A stretch of 63,933 nt of DNA, filler included, from Lenisia limosa (taxonomy: Eukaryota > Protista > Breviatea), in NCBI GenBank assembly GCA_001655205.1. It is 10 parts of 10 records of this genome, joined end to end, with 100 filler letters (N's around TTAATTAATTAA, not from the genome) between each part and the next. Parts side by side here need not be neighbours in the genome. Positions count along the whole stretch, not along the records: positions 9,266 to 19,627 come from LPNZ01003141.1; positions 19,728 to 27,873 come from LPNZ01004145.1; positions 27,974 to 40,601 come from LPNZ01001439.1; 7 more parts are not named here. One strand, written 5' to 3'. A program made the position numbers and the translations under genes. Under the pieces are notes generated by a model. That model searched no databases, had not been told where the DNA came from, and saw only the letters and a list, made by a program, of their open reading frames with translations. Each line of letters begins with the position of its first letter. The first letter of the stretch is position 1. This document shows, one piece after another, positions 12,763 to 29,723 of this stretch.

Positions 12763-13095
12763 ATGGGTATGAGGATGCTTGATGGGTTTTTATTATATTT
12801 ATGTGTTCAGTAATGAAGTTCTAGTGCTATTTAACCTCTCTTTCTAATTTTACTTAGCTAAGAATCACGGTTCTCTCGCCTCTGCTGGTAAAGTCAAGGG
12901 ACAGACCCCCAAGGTCGAACCCGTTGAGAAGAAGAAGTCTAAGTAAGTATCTTCATGAGGTTGAATTTGTTCTCATCCTCTTTCAGGACTGGACGCTGCA
13001 AGAAGCGCCTCCAGTACAACGCTCGCGTTGTCCATGCCGTTACCGCCCCCGGTGGTCGCAAGAAGGGCCCCAACTCTGGACCTTCTTCCAAGTAA
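12763..13095 (+). CDS. RPS30: 40S ribosomal protein eS30, no ubiquitin-like fusion; 2 introns
   Basis: [65 protein letters not shown] (TAA). Confidence 0.97.
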
Positions 13096-13267
13096 ATTGC
13101 TCTGATTTAGAATCTCTGTGATTTCATTATTTTCACATCAATATACTGTTATTGACAACCAGAACCTTTGGGTCACCTCATGATGCCTTGTTTTCATTGC
13201 TTTCTAAGTCCTCTGGCATGGTAGCAGGAGTCATAAAGTGTCAATATTTTACTGAAATCTAGCGGAT

Positions 13268-13730
13268 TTGGCATTTGAACCTGACCTGAATGGTTGGTTT
13301 CACCAACACTGTGGGGATATACGCGCTTATAGATACTCGCATGTTGTAGCAGGGATGATAGTGTTCAACATAGTACTTTGCCCGTGGCCCAGTTTCACAA
13401 TTCTCTCGGCGGCGCAGTCAGCTTTCAGAAATGCACTCCTCTTTCTCCTGCCCTCTCTCTGCCTCTCTTTGATCTTGTGCTTGCACTGTAGTGTCAAACA
13501 TCTCATAGTAGTGTTTATTGAAAAGAAAGTGCAAAACAATTGTGAGATTGCCACGCCCCTTTCTTCTCTCAACAATGCCACCACCCCCACCTGCTCCTGA
13601 GAACTTCCCAGGAGAAACAATTCTCCGAGATGCAGGTATGGGATCAGCCAAATGGCAAGTTTGCTCTGTTGTAATATGATCTTCTTCACATATGGTGTAG
13701 TACAACGGCTATCTTCTTATGAATATTATT
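13268..13730 (-). CDS. Possible small spliced gene, product unknown
   Basis: GC-elevated exon-like blocks, a clear donor (CAG|GTGGGGG near 13598) and long open frames. No single convincing translation found. Confidence 0.25.
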
Positions 13731-13864
13731 GTCCTTTCGAGGATTGCCAAGAAAATTAAATAAACGAATATTAGGATAGGCCTCCTTTTTACATCTAATT
13801 CATGACTGTTGGCCTGCACAAAACATAACAGCAAAGGTTTGGCATTCATTCCTTAGGGCGTACT

Positions 13865-15241
13865 ATGAACGGTAAAACGGTGTCTTTGACCGGAAGAACA
13901 CCCGTATGGAGGATCAACGATGTATTAGCTGCGAAGATGGGCGACCATCACACTGTGTTCTCAACTAATGGTGGGTTGCCTGTAATTCTTTATTCATATC
14001 TGATATTATAATTCATCCAAAATGATTTTAAAATAATTGCTAATATTACATATTATTATGTATTTAATGTTTTTGTATTGTGCTAGTTTTAAAGTTGTGA
14101 TTCAGTTACTGTCTAGGAGCGGAATATACAGGCGAATGGTTCAATGATCTTCCTGAAGGCAATGGGGTTTTAGTTACCGCCAAAGGAGGACAATATGAGG
14201 GAGGGTTCGTCAAGGGCCTTAAGGACGGCGTTGTATGTGGGGCTGAAAAACGGGTTAATTTCGTTCTTGTTGGGTGAGGGGAATGCTATCTTCCTTTTTT
14301 TATTGTTATTTCTAGGGCACACTCTGGGTGAATACTTCACGGGTACCTACAAAAGATGTCAGGAAACTTCATCTCATTTATACTGGAGAATGGCTTGAAG
14401 GTGTCAAACACGTAGGAGAGGGGTCCAAGGTCACAGTTGATTATTTACTGAGCCCTTGGCAATACACTACCCTGTTTATTTATCACTTCAGGGTCAAGGA
14501 GAACACTACTCTACCAACGGAGACAAATACTCTGGAGAGTGGATCAATGACAAACGCGAAGTGAGCAATACCTTGTGCTTCTGGGAATCCTCCTCCCTAT
14601 TTTTGTTTATGACAAGATTTCAATGGAATCTTTAAATAGCTGTTCGCAGTCTTTTGAGATCCAGATTGACTTTTGAAGGGATGGGGTCTTTCAGTTGAAG
14701 CCAACGGAGCGAAATACCAGGGTCAATGGTCGAATGACTTAATGCACGGACAGGGAACTCTCATTTCTGGTAAGAAGAAATAATAACGATGATATTATAC
14801 AATAAAAATGTTGACGTACATGTACATATATATTATAAATCGTCTGATGATGATAATAACCTCTTGATCCGGTAAAAGGTCAGAGTTTCAGAAGTTAAAT
14901 TGTTATTGGAAGAGTATTTTGTTTCACTTTGTAGAAAACGGGGACAGATATGAAGGATCGTTTATGGATGGAGAGAAGCACGGGAATGGAGTTTTATTTT
15001 ATGTGTAAGCTGGATGAATAGATCTGCTCATCACAGAAAAGACAGATTCCGTCAGTAGTATCCATTGTTTATAACCATACCTAGGAAAAAAGGAAGGAAA
15101 GTGACAGGCACGTGGTGCAATGGTTCACTCAAAACAGGAGAATTTGATTCTTGGGATGGTGGCGATGTTCCGGCTGCTGAGTTCCCTAAAGTGGGCGGGG
15201 AATAATTTCGTACTCTCACAGAGTCAGGCAAATGATTGGTG
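13865..15241 (+). CDS. MORN3: MORN-repeat protein, MORN3-like (flagellar)
   Basis: About 7 MORN repeats (YTGEWFNDLPEGNG, YEGGFVKGLKDG, YTGEWLEGVKHGQG, YSGEWINDKREGWG, YQGQWSNDLMHGQG, YEGSFMDGEKHGNG) after an N-terminal HHTVFSTNG segment typical of MORN3. Last exon uncertain. Confidence 0.8.
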
Positions 15242-15974
15242 AATCAATAAGATATTAATCTCCATATATTCTATTAGCGTGATACAACTTTGCGTTATTT
15301 CTCATCTGCCGCCTTTCAAATCATCTTGATACTTAGATTTAGGAGGAGTATATGATACAATACCAAATAAGGGACCCTAAATTGTAAATTTTATTGATTT
15401 CAATGGTCAGAGAATGGTATAATATATCTCAAATATCGCTTTAGATTGGCCTTGCGAACCCGAAAGAAGTTATTGAAAACGCCAAAGAAAGCATAGGTCC
15501 GTTGTGAAAGCTGTTGAAGGCTGTATGCCACAAAGTTTATTGAAAATGATTTGGTAAATTCCTTTTTATACCATAATATGCATATCATATGATATGCTAT
15601 CCAGTATTGGCCGGCAAGATATTTCTCATTTATTCCTGGGAATTCCAGATGCTGATTAATCACAGGTTTCTAAATTCAAGTGGTACCTCACAGGCGGTTT
15701 CTCTGCCATATTTAAGGATTGATATTAATGGAAAATGTATGATTATTTGTATCCAATCTCTTTTCAAATGTTCAACAAATGAATAAAAAAAATTGGGGGG
15801 GGGGGGNNNNNNNNNNNNNNNNNNNNNNNNNNNNNNNNNNNNNNNNNNNNNNNNNNNNNNNNNNNNNNNNNNNNNNNNNNNNNNNNNNNNNNNNNNNNNN
15901 NNNNNNNNNNNNNNNNNNNNNNNNNNNNNNNNNNNNNNNNNNNNNNNNNNNNNNNNNNNNNNNNNNNNNNNNNN

Positions 15975-18045
15975 TCATGGCCTTGAGGATGGCAACACCA
16001 CCAGTGTGTTCCATTTCGTGTTTGTCCTAAACTGTTAACAATAAAAAAAGGCAAACTGTCATATAGTGTTTTAAAATATGAGTAGTGTGAAGTCCTTAAC
16101 TCGAGTAAAGAGCATGTCAGCCACTCACGGTAGCGGAGAGGAAGGTATCGGCTCTTCTTTGGGCAAGAACGATGCAGCATGCGGAAATGTGGGTGGGCTC
16201 CTTGGCCTTGCGTGCGAGATCAGCACTAGCAAGAGTAAAAAAAAAAAAAAAAAAACTGGTTTATACAGGCATCTTTCATCAGTAAGNNNNNNNNNNNNNN
16301 NNNNNNNNNNNNNNNNNNNNNNNNNNNNNNNNNNNNNNNNNNNNNNNNNNTACGATATATGAGGGGTAAATTATCGTCATTGCGAGGCAAATGATATCAA
16401 ATTACCGATAAAGCAGGGAAGAAGCATTTAAACAAGTGCTTACATGTGGAAGGTTTCCATTTCGATAGATGAGATAGTCGGGTACTTAGCGACCATATCG
16501 TCAATGAGAGTCTCGTTGTCATCCTCGAAGTTACGGGCAGGACGACCTAAAAAAAAAAATTAGTTGTATTTCTGAAATGTAAAACAACAAAAGTATAAAC
16601 AATGGAACAGCATGTTGAAGAGAAAACAAAGAAAGAAAAGAATCAAGAAGAAGCGTCCATACCCCCTCCCCAGCAGGCTACCTTGTGAGCAGTAGAAGAA
16701 CTCAGCGGTGGCATTGATTCCCTCGAAGATAGGTCTCCTCTCGTCACCTTCATGGTCCTGCTTGAGGTGCTTCACGAGCTACAATGGTTGGAATCGAGTC
16801 GGAATAAACAGAGCATGTACACCACCATCAGAGTTTTACGTCTATTACGTCCAACACCTACATTTGCAGAAAGAGGCTCGGAGGTGGGGACAACGTCAGC
16901 GAATCTGTAGAGGGGCTCAGTGGGTACCTCTCCCTTTGCCTGGACGGGTGAGCCAAGGAAAAGAAGAAACCTACAAGGGGAATATCTCGATTTCCCCTCT
17001 ATCTTTCAAATACTACAAAAAAGAAGCAGAAGAAGAAGGCTACCTTGGCAGCGAAAGCGTTGGGGTTACGAAGGACCATGGTGGATCCCTGGAAGGTCAA
17101 TCAGAAACGAAGAGAGTGTTCCATCAGAACACCAATCAGGAAACGTTGAACTAAAGAACCACATACGCCGGAAGCTACGACAAAAGAGCCAATGGGCACT
17201 TCAGGGTTGGGGGTACCGCAAGTACCAAATCTGGATAAGGTCAACAAAAGAAGGGAACATGAGAATGATGAAGTGTTTGGCATACCTGACGATAACGAGG
17301 TCACCCTTAACGTTGGCGCGAGCTTGGCGCACAATCAGGTCGGTGGCTGCAACACCCTGGTAGGTCATCGAGCGGAAACACAAGAGATTGCGTCATGGAA
17401 CATTCCAGAAAAAAAATGAGTGAAAGAGATTACTCGAGGAACCTCAACTTGTTTTCTCCAAACAAGGAGCTGAATGAAACATCTTCTCACAAATACATAT
17501 ATATTCTAATAAGAAGTGCAGTTGCGCAACTTATCCCAGAAACTATCTTTCCTCAGACAACCAGCAAACCATTCCAGTTCCAACAATGGTGACAGGTACC
17601 TGAACTGTCAAAAGAAAGCGCCAAAAAATAGCACTTAAAACAAAGAAGGGGAGATAAAAAATGCATGGAATAGATAAAAAATGGTTCATGTGCCTACTTT
17701 GTTGAAAGTGCCAGTGAAGGTGAACATGCCGTTGGGGGTAATGACGCACTCGGGGATGTTATCCTTAGAGCAACCATCTAATCAACGTAATTGTGGCTCA
17801 AGAAGAGCGAGAAAGGGAAGAGGAGCATGAGAAATCTTCTCCTTCAAACCAAAATGGGAAGAAATAGCTTCAGCTCTTGAGCGGTCACCGACAGCAAGAA
17901 TTCTAGAAGCCACTGGATTTGTGAACTCCAATAAGGAAGAAAATCAAAGAGATCTCTGAAAATTTGACTCACTGGGGGTTTCTTCAGGGAAAGCCACGTT
18001 GAATGGGTCAGTAGTGGCCGTAATACTCATCATCTTTGTTGCCAT
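15975..18045 (-). CDS. Uridine phosphorylase (NP-I nucleoside phosphorylase family); final codons in an N gap
   Basis: RILAVGDRSRA, VGTGMGVAATDLIVR, IVRFGTCGT, GINATAEFFYCSQGR and SIEMETFH motifs across about 11 exons. Confidence 0.88.
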
Positions 18046-18312
18046 TGTGAATATCTCCCAAGAAAGAACTGTGGGTGTTAAAAGTCAAAAACTTGAGCTG
18101 ACCCGAATACAGACAATTGGTATTTATTTAATGCAACAATCAACCTTCCCAACCCACCAAATTCGAAAATTATTGCAAAATGAAACAAAACCTTAAATTC
18201 GATTATCACGTGACTTCTTCCGCTTCCGACGTTTCTGCCTTTTTGGCTTCTCCTTTTTCTTTTTTCGGGCCTCCTGCTGCTTATTACTTCAAGTTAAACT
18301 TTGCTTAATACA

Positions 18313-18804
18313 ATGGAAGACCAAAAGATCCCGATGGAGTCCAGTTCATCTGAGAGTACTCACCTCCAGATTAATGTCATTGATCAGGTTAGCTAATTTG
18401 ATGTTGTTGACAGGTTTTAGTTGGGAAACAACCTTTCGTTCAAGATCAAGAAGACTTCAACTTTCAAGAAGCTTATGAGCGCCTACTGCAAGAGAATGGG
18501 TTTGTTTAAATCCAATATATTTATTTATGAATAAAGGTGTTGAGGAATCGAGCATTGCCTTCGTTTATGAAGATGTGAGAATCAAGGACACCAACACCCC
18601 TCTAGAGGTTGGTTTTCAAAATTATATATTTCACCCCTATTATTTAAACAAATCTCACCCAGTGTAGCTTGGCCTCAAGGACAATGACAACGTTTGTTGG
18701 AAGTGGTGGAACACATTTCTATCAATTCTCAAAATTATTTTTTCATATTACTATCGCTCATTTAGATTGATGCCATGCAAACTCAAGTTGGTGGAGGACT
18801 CTAG
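18313..18804 (+). CDS. SUMO: SUMO-family protein (divergent); 4 short introns
   Basis: HLQINVIDQLGNNLSFKIKKTSTFKKLMSAYCKRMGVEESSIAFVYEDVRIKDTNTPLELGLKDNDNIDAMQTQVGG-GL* (TAG). Confidence 0.9.
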
Positions 18805-18989
18805 AGATGCCCAAGTCATGTGTAAAGGATGGACATTAGGATGTATATTATTTGTTTCATACAATATGGATAATGGAGAGATGAGATATTACACAGTATC
18901 AGTTAGGGTATAGTGAACTCTCCACTGCTGAGTTGGCAGATCTCTATCAGCGCTGGACATATAGTAAATACAATACAATTGCTCAAACA

Positions 18990-19615
18990 GCAAGACAACA
19001 AAAGAAACTAACATGAAAGAGCCTAAAATGGTACAGATTGAGTGAAGCTACAGTTCTGAACATCTTCATAACTTGAGATGTTTGGTATGCTGTTTGAGTC
19101 CGAATCAGCCGGCTGTGATAGTCAGTGGGACACAAACGGTGCCTGTGAGAAACCGACAATCCTTTACAAACAGCCCACCTTTTTATTTCGCTTGCGACTT
19201 TGAGTACGATTCTTATTACTGGTTGCCTAAAGAAATCAAAGTCTCCCTATCAACCAAATTCCATCCCCTCAGCCAATGTGAACATGTTTGAGTCCACATC
19301 AAGATAAAATAAATAATAAAAAAGTCGGAGTATCTTGAAAATGGCATACCACCGTGACAGGTCCAATATTGGGACTTTCGCCTCGCCTTGAGATGAAGTA
19401 TGAATCTGGAGCGGTTAGAATAGAGTGATGAAGCACATTTCTGTCAAGCCAATCAAATCCACATTTAAATATCCCAAACATCACGCCCCAAGCACCAATG
19501 GTTTGTTCACCGTAGACAACCATTCGCCCTTGGGGCTGGCAGACGACAATGTTGCTATATAGTGCCATTCGTTCTGCAATAGACTGCGATGCATGTACTG
19601 ACCTTGGGAGCCTGG
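18990..19615 (-). CDS. 3' exons of an uncharacterised gene, 5' part lost at the gap
   Basis: Spliceable exons LPRSVHASQSIAERMALYSNIVVCQPQGRM / DSYFISRRGESPNIGPVT / GDFDFFRQPVIRIVLKVASEIKRHRLCPTDYHSRL. Confidence 0.45.
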
Positions 19616-19727
19616 GGGGGGGGGGGGNNNNNNNNNNNNNNNNNNNNNNNNNNNNNNNNNNNNNNNNNNNNTTAATTAATTAANNNNNNNNNNNNNNNNN
19701 NNNNNNNNNNNNNNNNNNNNNNNNNNN

Positions 19728-22634
19728 GAGCATACTCAAGTCCACGCGGTCCCTGCGTAATGATGGGCCATCGGTTACATTAGGTGTGTTGAAATATAAA
19801 AAAAGTATCCAGCCGAATAGTGTACAACGGTTCAGTATTGTCACTGAAAACCAACATGTTACACATAATTAATGAAAAGGTGTCCAATCATCTTCACATA
19901 CTATAATATGCATATGATGCATTTGTCAAAACAGCTGTGATATGAAGAAGTTAAAAAACCCTCACCAGTCAGAAGGGCCACTGTGGTGCTGTGAATTCCA
20001 GCCCTTCAAGGTCTCTTGCGGGTCAACAAAAGCCTCCATATCCTCAATCAGAGGTGTGCTAAAAGAGTAAAAAAACGGTAACAACATACATGTATATATC
20101 GTATCATTGATTATAAAAGGTTTGGTTAGTTGAACAGCTTTCCATTCGCAATTATGAGCCCCCTGCTATGCGAACACACGTGGAGTACAAACCAGGTCAC
20201 ATTCAGTGAACAAAGCAAGCGAATAAAAATACCCTGACAAAAACACCATCCAAATCAACTCATGTCAAAATATCTCAAAAAAGAACCCTTTAGCATATTT
20301 AGTTACACAACCAATACAACTTTATGACGCCAGCTTTTCTCACTCTTCGTCTTTGGTAGGTGGGCGTGGTCCGGGTCTAATAAGTTAGGGTTTGAAAATG
20401 AGTGCGGTTTGCTATATTGTTGCTTCAATTCAGGCATTGATTTCAAGTAAAAATATTAAATTGGAATATGGCTAGCTAGTCCTTGAATAGCCGATGTTGC
20501 CTATGTATAATTACCTGGTGCGAGGCCCCAGGTCAGTTTTGGACACATCTGGCAATTCAGGCATTCCAACGTCAGGGCCGGAAAGCTGCATGATGAGATC
20601 AGCAAAAGGGGAATGTAACATTCGTGTCCGACAATATACACTATGTGTATTGGACAGTACTAAGTTTTGTTGATAACAGTCACACCGTACTCAAACATAA
20701 ACACAACATTAAAAACGTCAGTGCAGAAATAACAAAAGGAAAGGAGCACACAGTCAACCCCGCAAATGCAACATATTTCAGGAAAAATCGTCCTTGAGAA
20801 ATTAATCGGAAATTTAAGATCGCCTTTGGGAACATCACTCTTACATAAAGCATTCAGATATGACCATTACATTGTCCATTTATACTGACCTTCGCGAGGG
20901 CTTCGATTTCGTTATTGGCGAAACCGGCCCGGTAGCCGTATTTCACGCCTGAAGAGTAATTAACTGGTTTTAGATAGTCGATAAAAATGAAATATATGTA
21001 GCTATATGAGGCCTGGAAGAACAAAAAATGGCATGCTCAGAAAAAAAATAGTTCCTTTAGTATGGATAAGAAGGTGGTTGGATCGTTATCCCTCACATTC
21101 GTCTGGAATAACTGCACAAGCAATACGGGCACATACCTCCCCAAGGGTTCTTCGGATTAACGATGAAGAGGGTGGTCTCTGCGCTGAGGCCCAAGAAGTC
21201 CACTAAACTGTCCAGGACGTGGCCCATTGCAATCTCGTCAACCTGGGGTGAAACAGGGATATATGATGCAAAAGGCTTGCAAGCAACTCCATTGATAACA
21301 ACTGTTGCACTTGTTTATTTTTTGTTTCAGCGCTATCAATCTCCCCATTTTCACACAAGACTTTTTTCTTAGTCCAACATATCCCTAGGTACCATCATTT
21401 TGTCTCCATCTTTCCTTGAGAATGCAACTAGCATTTTCTCATAAATCTCAGCAATGTTGTTGTTCACCATGACAGCGCGCAAGTTAACCCTATAGAATTA
21501 TTTCAAAAAAGAAACTATTTTTTCCTCTCGTGTTTCTCTAAGTATTCCGTGGGAAATATAATATGTCACATTCGCCAACTTGTATGCGACAGGCGACGGC
21601 TTGCGTTCACTGATGCGGTGAATGTGAACGTCGTCATCGTGGTGTATGCTTTCCAAGTCGTCCATGGCAGCTGGCCGAACCTGTGGGGGGGGGGGGNNNN
21701 NNNNNNNNNNNNNNNNNNNNNNNNNNNNNNNNNNNNNNNNNNNNNNNNNNNNNNNNNNNNNNNNNNNNNNNNNNNNNCAAAATATACTGAAATGTATGTT
21801 TATGTCTGAGAAATAGAAAAAGAGGACTGTAGCCGCTAATGTATTCATTCATGCTGTAGGCTTCCTCAGGTTAGCCTACTCCACGATGGTTGAGGAGGGA
21901 ACTAAGGTGCGACAGCCAGTGGTTGATCTCAGTGTTGAAGATGTGAATGTTATGAGCACCATCACCTGGTAGTTAGCAGTGAATGTGGACAGGGGAAGAA
22001 AAAAATGAATGGGACAGCTAATACTGAACCCTCCGTTTTACTTTAATCTTTGTGAATTCAGATACGTTTAAGTAGCAAGTAGCATATACATAACACGCAG
22101 TTTTTAAGGGCAACGGGTATTATCCTACCCTCCCCTCCCAAAGTCATTTATATCGCCTACGCTTACTTTCAAAACCAAGAAGAATTATATTCACCCTCAG
22201 AGGTATGGGGATAAGGTCGATGGGGTGGAGGTGGAGGTATCTGAATGGATAAATCTGGAACAAAAAAAAAAAAAGTCTGAGTGCGATAATACAACGCGCT
22301 TACTCAGCAATAGAGGGGGCAGAAATTATTTTCATTTCTTCGGTTCTCCCGTCAATAACATTCATTTCCATATCGCTGACGATGTTGAAGCCAGTACCTT
22401 CCGTTTCTGGGGGGGGGGGGGTAAACAAACGTCATAACGCTCGTCTTCAACAAGAGAAACATGAAACAACAACAAAAAATGCAAGTTTAAATACTGCATG
22501 TGCAGAAGAATATCTATCAATGAAAAAACCACCCTATTGTTCTTTCAAACCTGTGAATACATTGATCGGAATGTCAACTCCCCCATGCATGTCCTCATTT
22601 TGGAAAAGCTCTTTTGCTTTCACTCCTAATGCTT
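19728..22634 (-). CDS. Uncharacterised multi-exon protein, 3' truncated; recalls the plant At4g16180-type family
   Basis: About 10 in-phase exons, including MEMNVI..GDGAHNIHIF and VDEIAMGHVLDSLVDFLGLSAETTLFIVNPKNPWGGVKYGYRAGFANNEIEALAK. Family similarity is from memory only. Confidence 0.55.
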
Positions 22635-22928
22635 GAAATACCAAAATACACAGAAGAAAGAGGGTCGGAAGACCCTTACAGGGACTTTCCATAATTAACT
22701 CAATGCGATAAACCGGGTAAAACTATGATTTTCTTTTACATTTATACTCAAATACCCAAATTACAACCAAAACCGTCATTTGCTCTCGAGATTTTGAGAA
22801 AGTCAGCTTCGGTACCCGTAGGTCGACCAAGTTTGCACCAAAACGAAATTTTCCCCTTTACCGGCCTTTTGTGTTGTTTTATAAGCGAGTGTTGATTTCA
22901 TTGCCATTTTTGAATTGGAAAAGTCAGA

Positions 22929-23574
22929 ATGAGCCGTAAGTTGCCATGTTTTCATCCGCTTATCCTCTCAAGGCGGTAACCAGAGAGAGCTTGCACGTGC
23001 TAAGGCAGCCAAGAAGGGAAAGGACGCAGGAAATAAGGAGGGAGTTGCGTTTGAGAAGCGACTTGACCGGTTTGTGGTGATCTTCGTCTTCTTGACACAT
23101 TGTTTTTTATATTGATTAAATAGAGATTACTGAGAGAAATGAATACTTTGACAAATGTTAACACATGTCCTATTTCTTTTATTAATTTCAATAGCATTGT
23201 CTTATCGAGTTGATTGTATTGATATTGATTTTACAATTTCAAATCAACGTTACAATTCATTCGGGGTCCACCATACCGTATATACATATCTGCTTTCGTT
23301 TGAACTATTTTTCCCAGAAACTTCCGAACATAACTTTTTGAATATGTAATAATATCAACATACTAAAAAAAAAAAAAAAAAGAGAAATTTAGGGATTTTT
23401 ATGAATACAACAATACTGTTGGTGAACATGTATTAGTATATTTGTGTTGGCCATTGCTAATGATGCAGTGATGCCGACCGAATGAGGGAAAAGCAGGCCG
23501 CAGCCGAAGCCAAGAAGGCTGCTGAAGCCAAAAAGGCTGCTGCCGCGCCTAAAAACAAGAACGCCAAGTACTGA
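22929..23574 (+). CDS. SERF: SERF / 4F5 small EDRK-rich factor; 2 introns
   Basis: MSRGNQRELARAKAAKK...KRLDRDADRMREKQAAAEAKK...KY* (TGA). Confidence 0.93.
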
Positions 23575-24159
23575 GATGAACCTTTTGATGGATGGATATT
23601 TATAATGCATATTAACAATGATGTGAGGTTGCTGTCCACTATAATACTACAGATGGGCTTCATATGAATTGTAGTGGTGAAATGGGTTTCGTAGTGGAGG
23701 AGAAGCTGTTGCATTTAGCAGAAATCCTCGCTGAAAATTGGGCTGAGTACCGCCTTTGCATTGGCACAAACTAGCCTTTGCACAATCGCACAAACCTAAA
23801 AAAAAAAACACAAACAACTCACATAGTATCTTTGCGCACCATATTTACAATGATGTATCTATTGAAAATCAAATATTATTCTTGTTTTTTCTGCATTAGT
23901 ACCATTTAAACAATTCCATCAAGAGTTTATGAAAGGTAGAGTCCTCGGTACAATATCAGTCAACCAAAGGGGGAGAAGTCCGCATTTCCACTTATAAATT
24001 TTATATTATTCACTAAATTAATTAGCAAAAAGGGGCATAGATATTGATTCAGGTAAGACCCGTTTGAACAGCATAGGTTCTGCGACCGTAAGTCTTTTTT
24101 AGTGAAAATCCAAGCAATAAGGCCACTCTCTGGTTTTTTTGATAGCGCATTGTATAGCA

Positions 24160-27868
<3,709 letters not shown>

Positions 27869-27973
27869 GTAATNNNNNNNNNNNNNNNNNNNNNNNNNNN
27901 NNNNNNNNNNNNNNNNNTTAATTAATTAANNNNNNNNNNNNNNNNNNNNNNNNNNNNNNNNNNNNNNNNNNNN

Positions 27974-28125
27974 CATCATCATCACCATCATCACCACTAT
28001 CATTATCATCATCATCACCACCACTACCATCATTCATCATAATCATCACCACTATCATTATCATCATCATCACCATCATCACCACTATCATCATCATCAT
28101 CATCATCATCATCACCATCATCATT

Positions 28126-28162
<37 letters not shown>

Positions 28163-28258
28163 ACATCATCATCGTCATCAGCATCATTATCATCATCATC
28201 ATCATCATCATCAACATCATCATCGTCATCAGCATCATCATCATTCATTAGCATCATC
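27974..28258. repeat. Imperfect (CAT/ATC)n trinucleotide microsatellite
   Basis: About 95 units with CAC/TAT/CGT interruptions; intronic position upstream of an acceptor near 28286. Confidence 0.95.
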
Positions 28259-28286
28259 TTTATTTATTATTATCATCACCCCACAG

Positions 28287-29219
28287 CACGCTGTCCGCAC
28301 TGTCAAGACCCAAAACACAGCCAAGAAGAAGAAGATCGGACTCTTCGGAAAGTGGCAGACCCGAGCCTTTGTCCCGGCTGTTGCAACAGAAGTCTGTCTT
28401 TTACTTTGTAATTCATCTTTTTTAAAAAAAATTATTCTTCTTTTTCAACTTATTTGGTCTTAAAAAGTGTTTTTGTATATCACACTCTGTTTTTATCCCT
28501 GTCAAATATATTTATAGTCCTCAACCCCATGCTAACCCCATGTTTAAATATCTTTAAGTCCTCCATCCCTGTCAACCCCATGTTTTATATCTTTTAGTCC
28601 TCCATCCCTGTCAACCCAATATATGGAGGCGTGGACCTCTTCCATCCGTCAATGCTCCCTCGGAACTGTGTGTACATTTCCAATCCTTCGGCCACCCAAA
28701 TATGTGAAGAGAAGAAATGTACGTGTTGACATTGGGATTTCATGCAGTCGAAAACCTCCGAAACTATGACATATGATATCGTATGATAATTATTGAAGGT
28801 TTTTAGAGAAATTCGGTTACATAAAGTCTCTATCCTTCTTTATGATGTATATTATTAACTCTCAACAAATCTAGTTATTTTAACTCCCTCAGGGCCATAT
28901 GCTTTTGCCACAGTCGGATTCGATTTTGACGCTGGAAAAGCTTTTCCAAAAAGAAGAGGAATTGTGGGGAGGGGAGGGGGTAGACTGATTAGAAATTTTC
29001 TTTGACAAAAAGAATAATGAAGGTGATATCTTTACATTTTGATGATAAGTCACATTTCACACTTGGGCTCTGCAAGTGATATTTTCAAGTGTGTCCGAGA
29101 TACATCTTCAAATGTCAAAATTAATTTGCACCAAGTCCTATCTCTTGACCCAAAAGGTTGTGCACTACTCCACGGCCAGTAAGGTGTACGAGGAGTTGGA
29201 GCGAAATAGAAAAACTTGA
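28287..29219 (+). CDS. 3' fragment of an uncharacterised gene with weak PH-domain-like motifs
   Basis: Exons HAVRTVKTQNTAKKKKIGLFGKWQTRAFVPAVATE / AWTSSIRQCSLGTV / GPYAFATVGFDFDAGKAFPKRRG; last exon uncertain. Confidence 0.35.
28494..28620. repeat. Degenerate ~40-bp tandem repeat in an intron 3' region
   Basis: About 3 copies of ..TAGTCCTCCATCCCTGTCAACCCCATGTT.. Confidence 0.6.
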
Positions 29220-29723
29220 AGAATGCAGCTTCCTTTTTCTCCCTTCGACTCAATGCTACCGAATGGTCCGTTATCCTAGCTGTTGGTTTTGTGAAACGGT
29301 ATTGAATATGATATGTTTACCTGCTTAGTTCTTGTTTTTTTATTACGAAATGTGTTATGTATTGCTCCCCCGCTTTTTTTCAAAATATGTCAACGGTAGA
29401 CCATAGTTTATTTCGAGAGGGTGAAAAGGAAACACTCTGAGGGAAAACGCAAAATCAACTGGCAAAGCAAATTGAAAGCAACAAATGAACCTTCTTTTAA
29501 ACTATGTAGTAAAAAGAAAATCTCAAACTCAGGGTGACTCATGCCCAAAAACTTGTTTTTTTTTTTAAGTCAGCGCCCACCCCAGTACCCCCCTCTTCAC
29601 CACTGCACCATTGAATATTTGTTTTTTTTCACTGTGTGTAATTAATTGCAGTCTCGATGGTTACATTTGTTAAGGCCTGTTGGCTCTGCCTGGCAACAAA
29701 TCACTAAAGGAAGGGGCCGCTGA

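Noticed and set aside
15400-15730. Small minus-strand gene between MORN3-like and the phosphorylase
   Set aside because: An 87-codon open frame exists, but no consistent start or splice pattern; may be 3' UTR.
19620-19730. One gene continuing across the linker, or any gene cluster spanning linkers (e.g. RNF213-like next to subtilisin)
   Set aside because: The linkers are artificial joins, so order across them carries no biological information.
12763-23574. Non-standard host genetic code
   Set aside because: RPS30 ends at TAA, SUMO at TAG, SERF and the carrier at TGA, and the conserved genes show no internal stops once spliced.
27918-28257. Poly-Met and poly-Asp ORFs in the ORF track
   Set aside because: Translations of the (CAT)n microsatellite.
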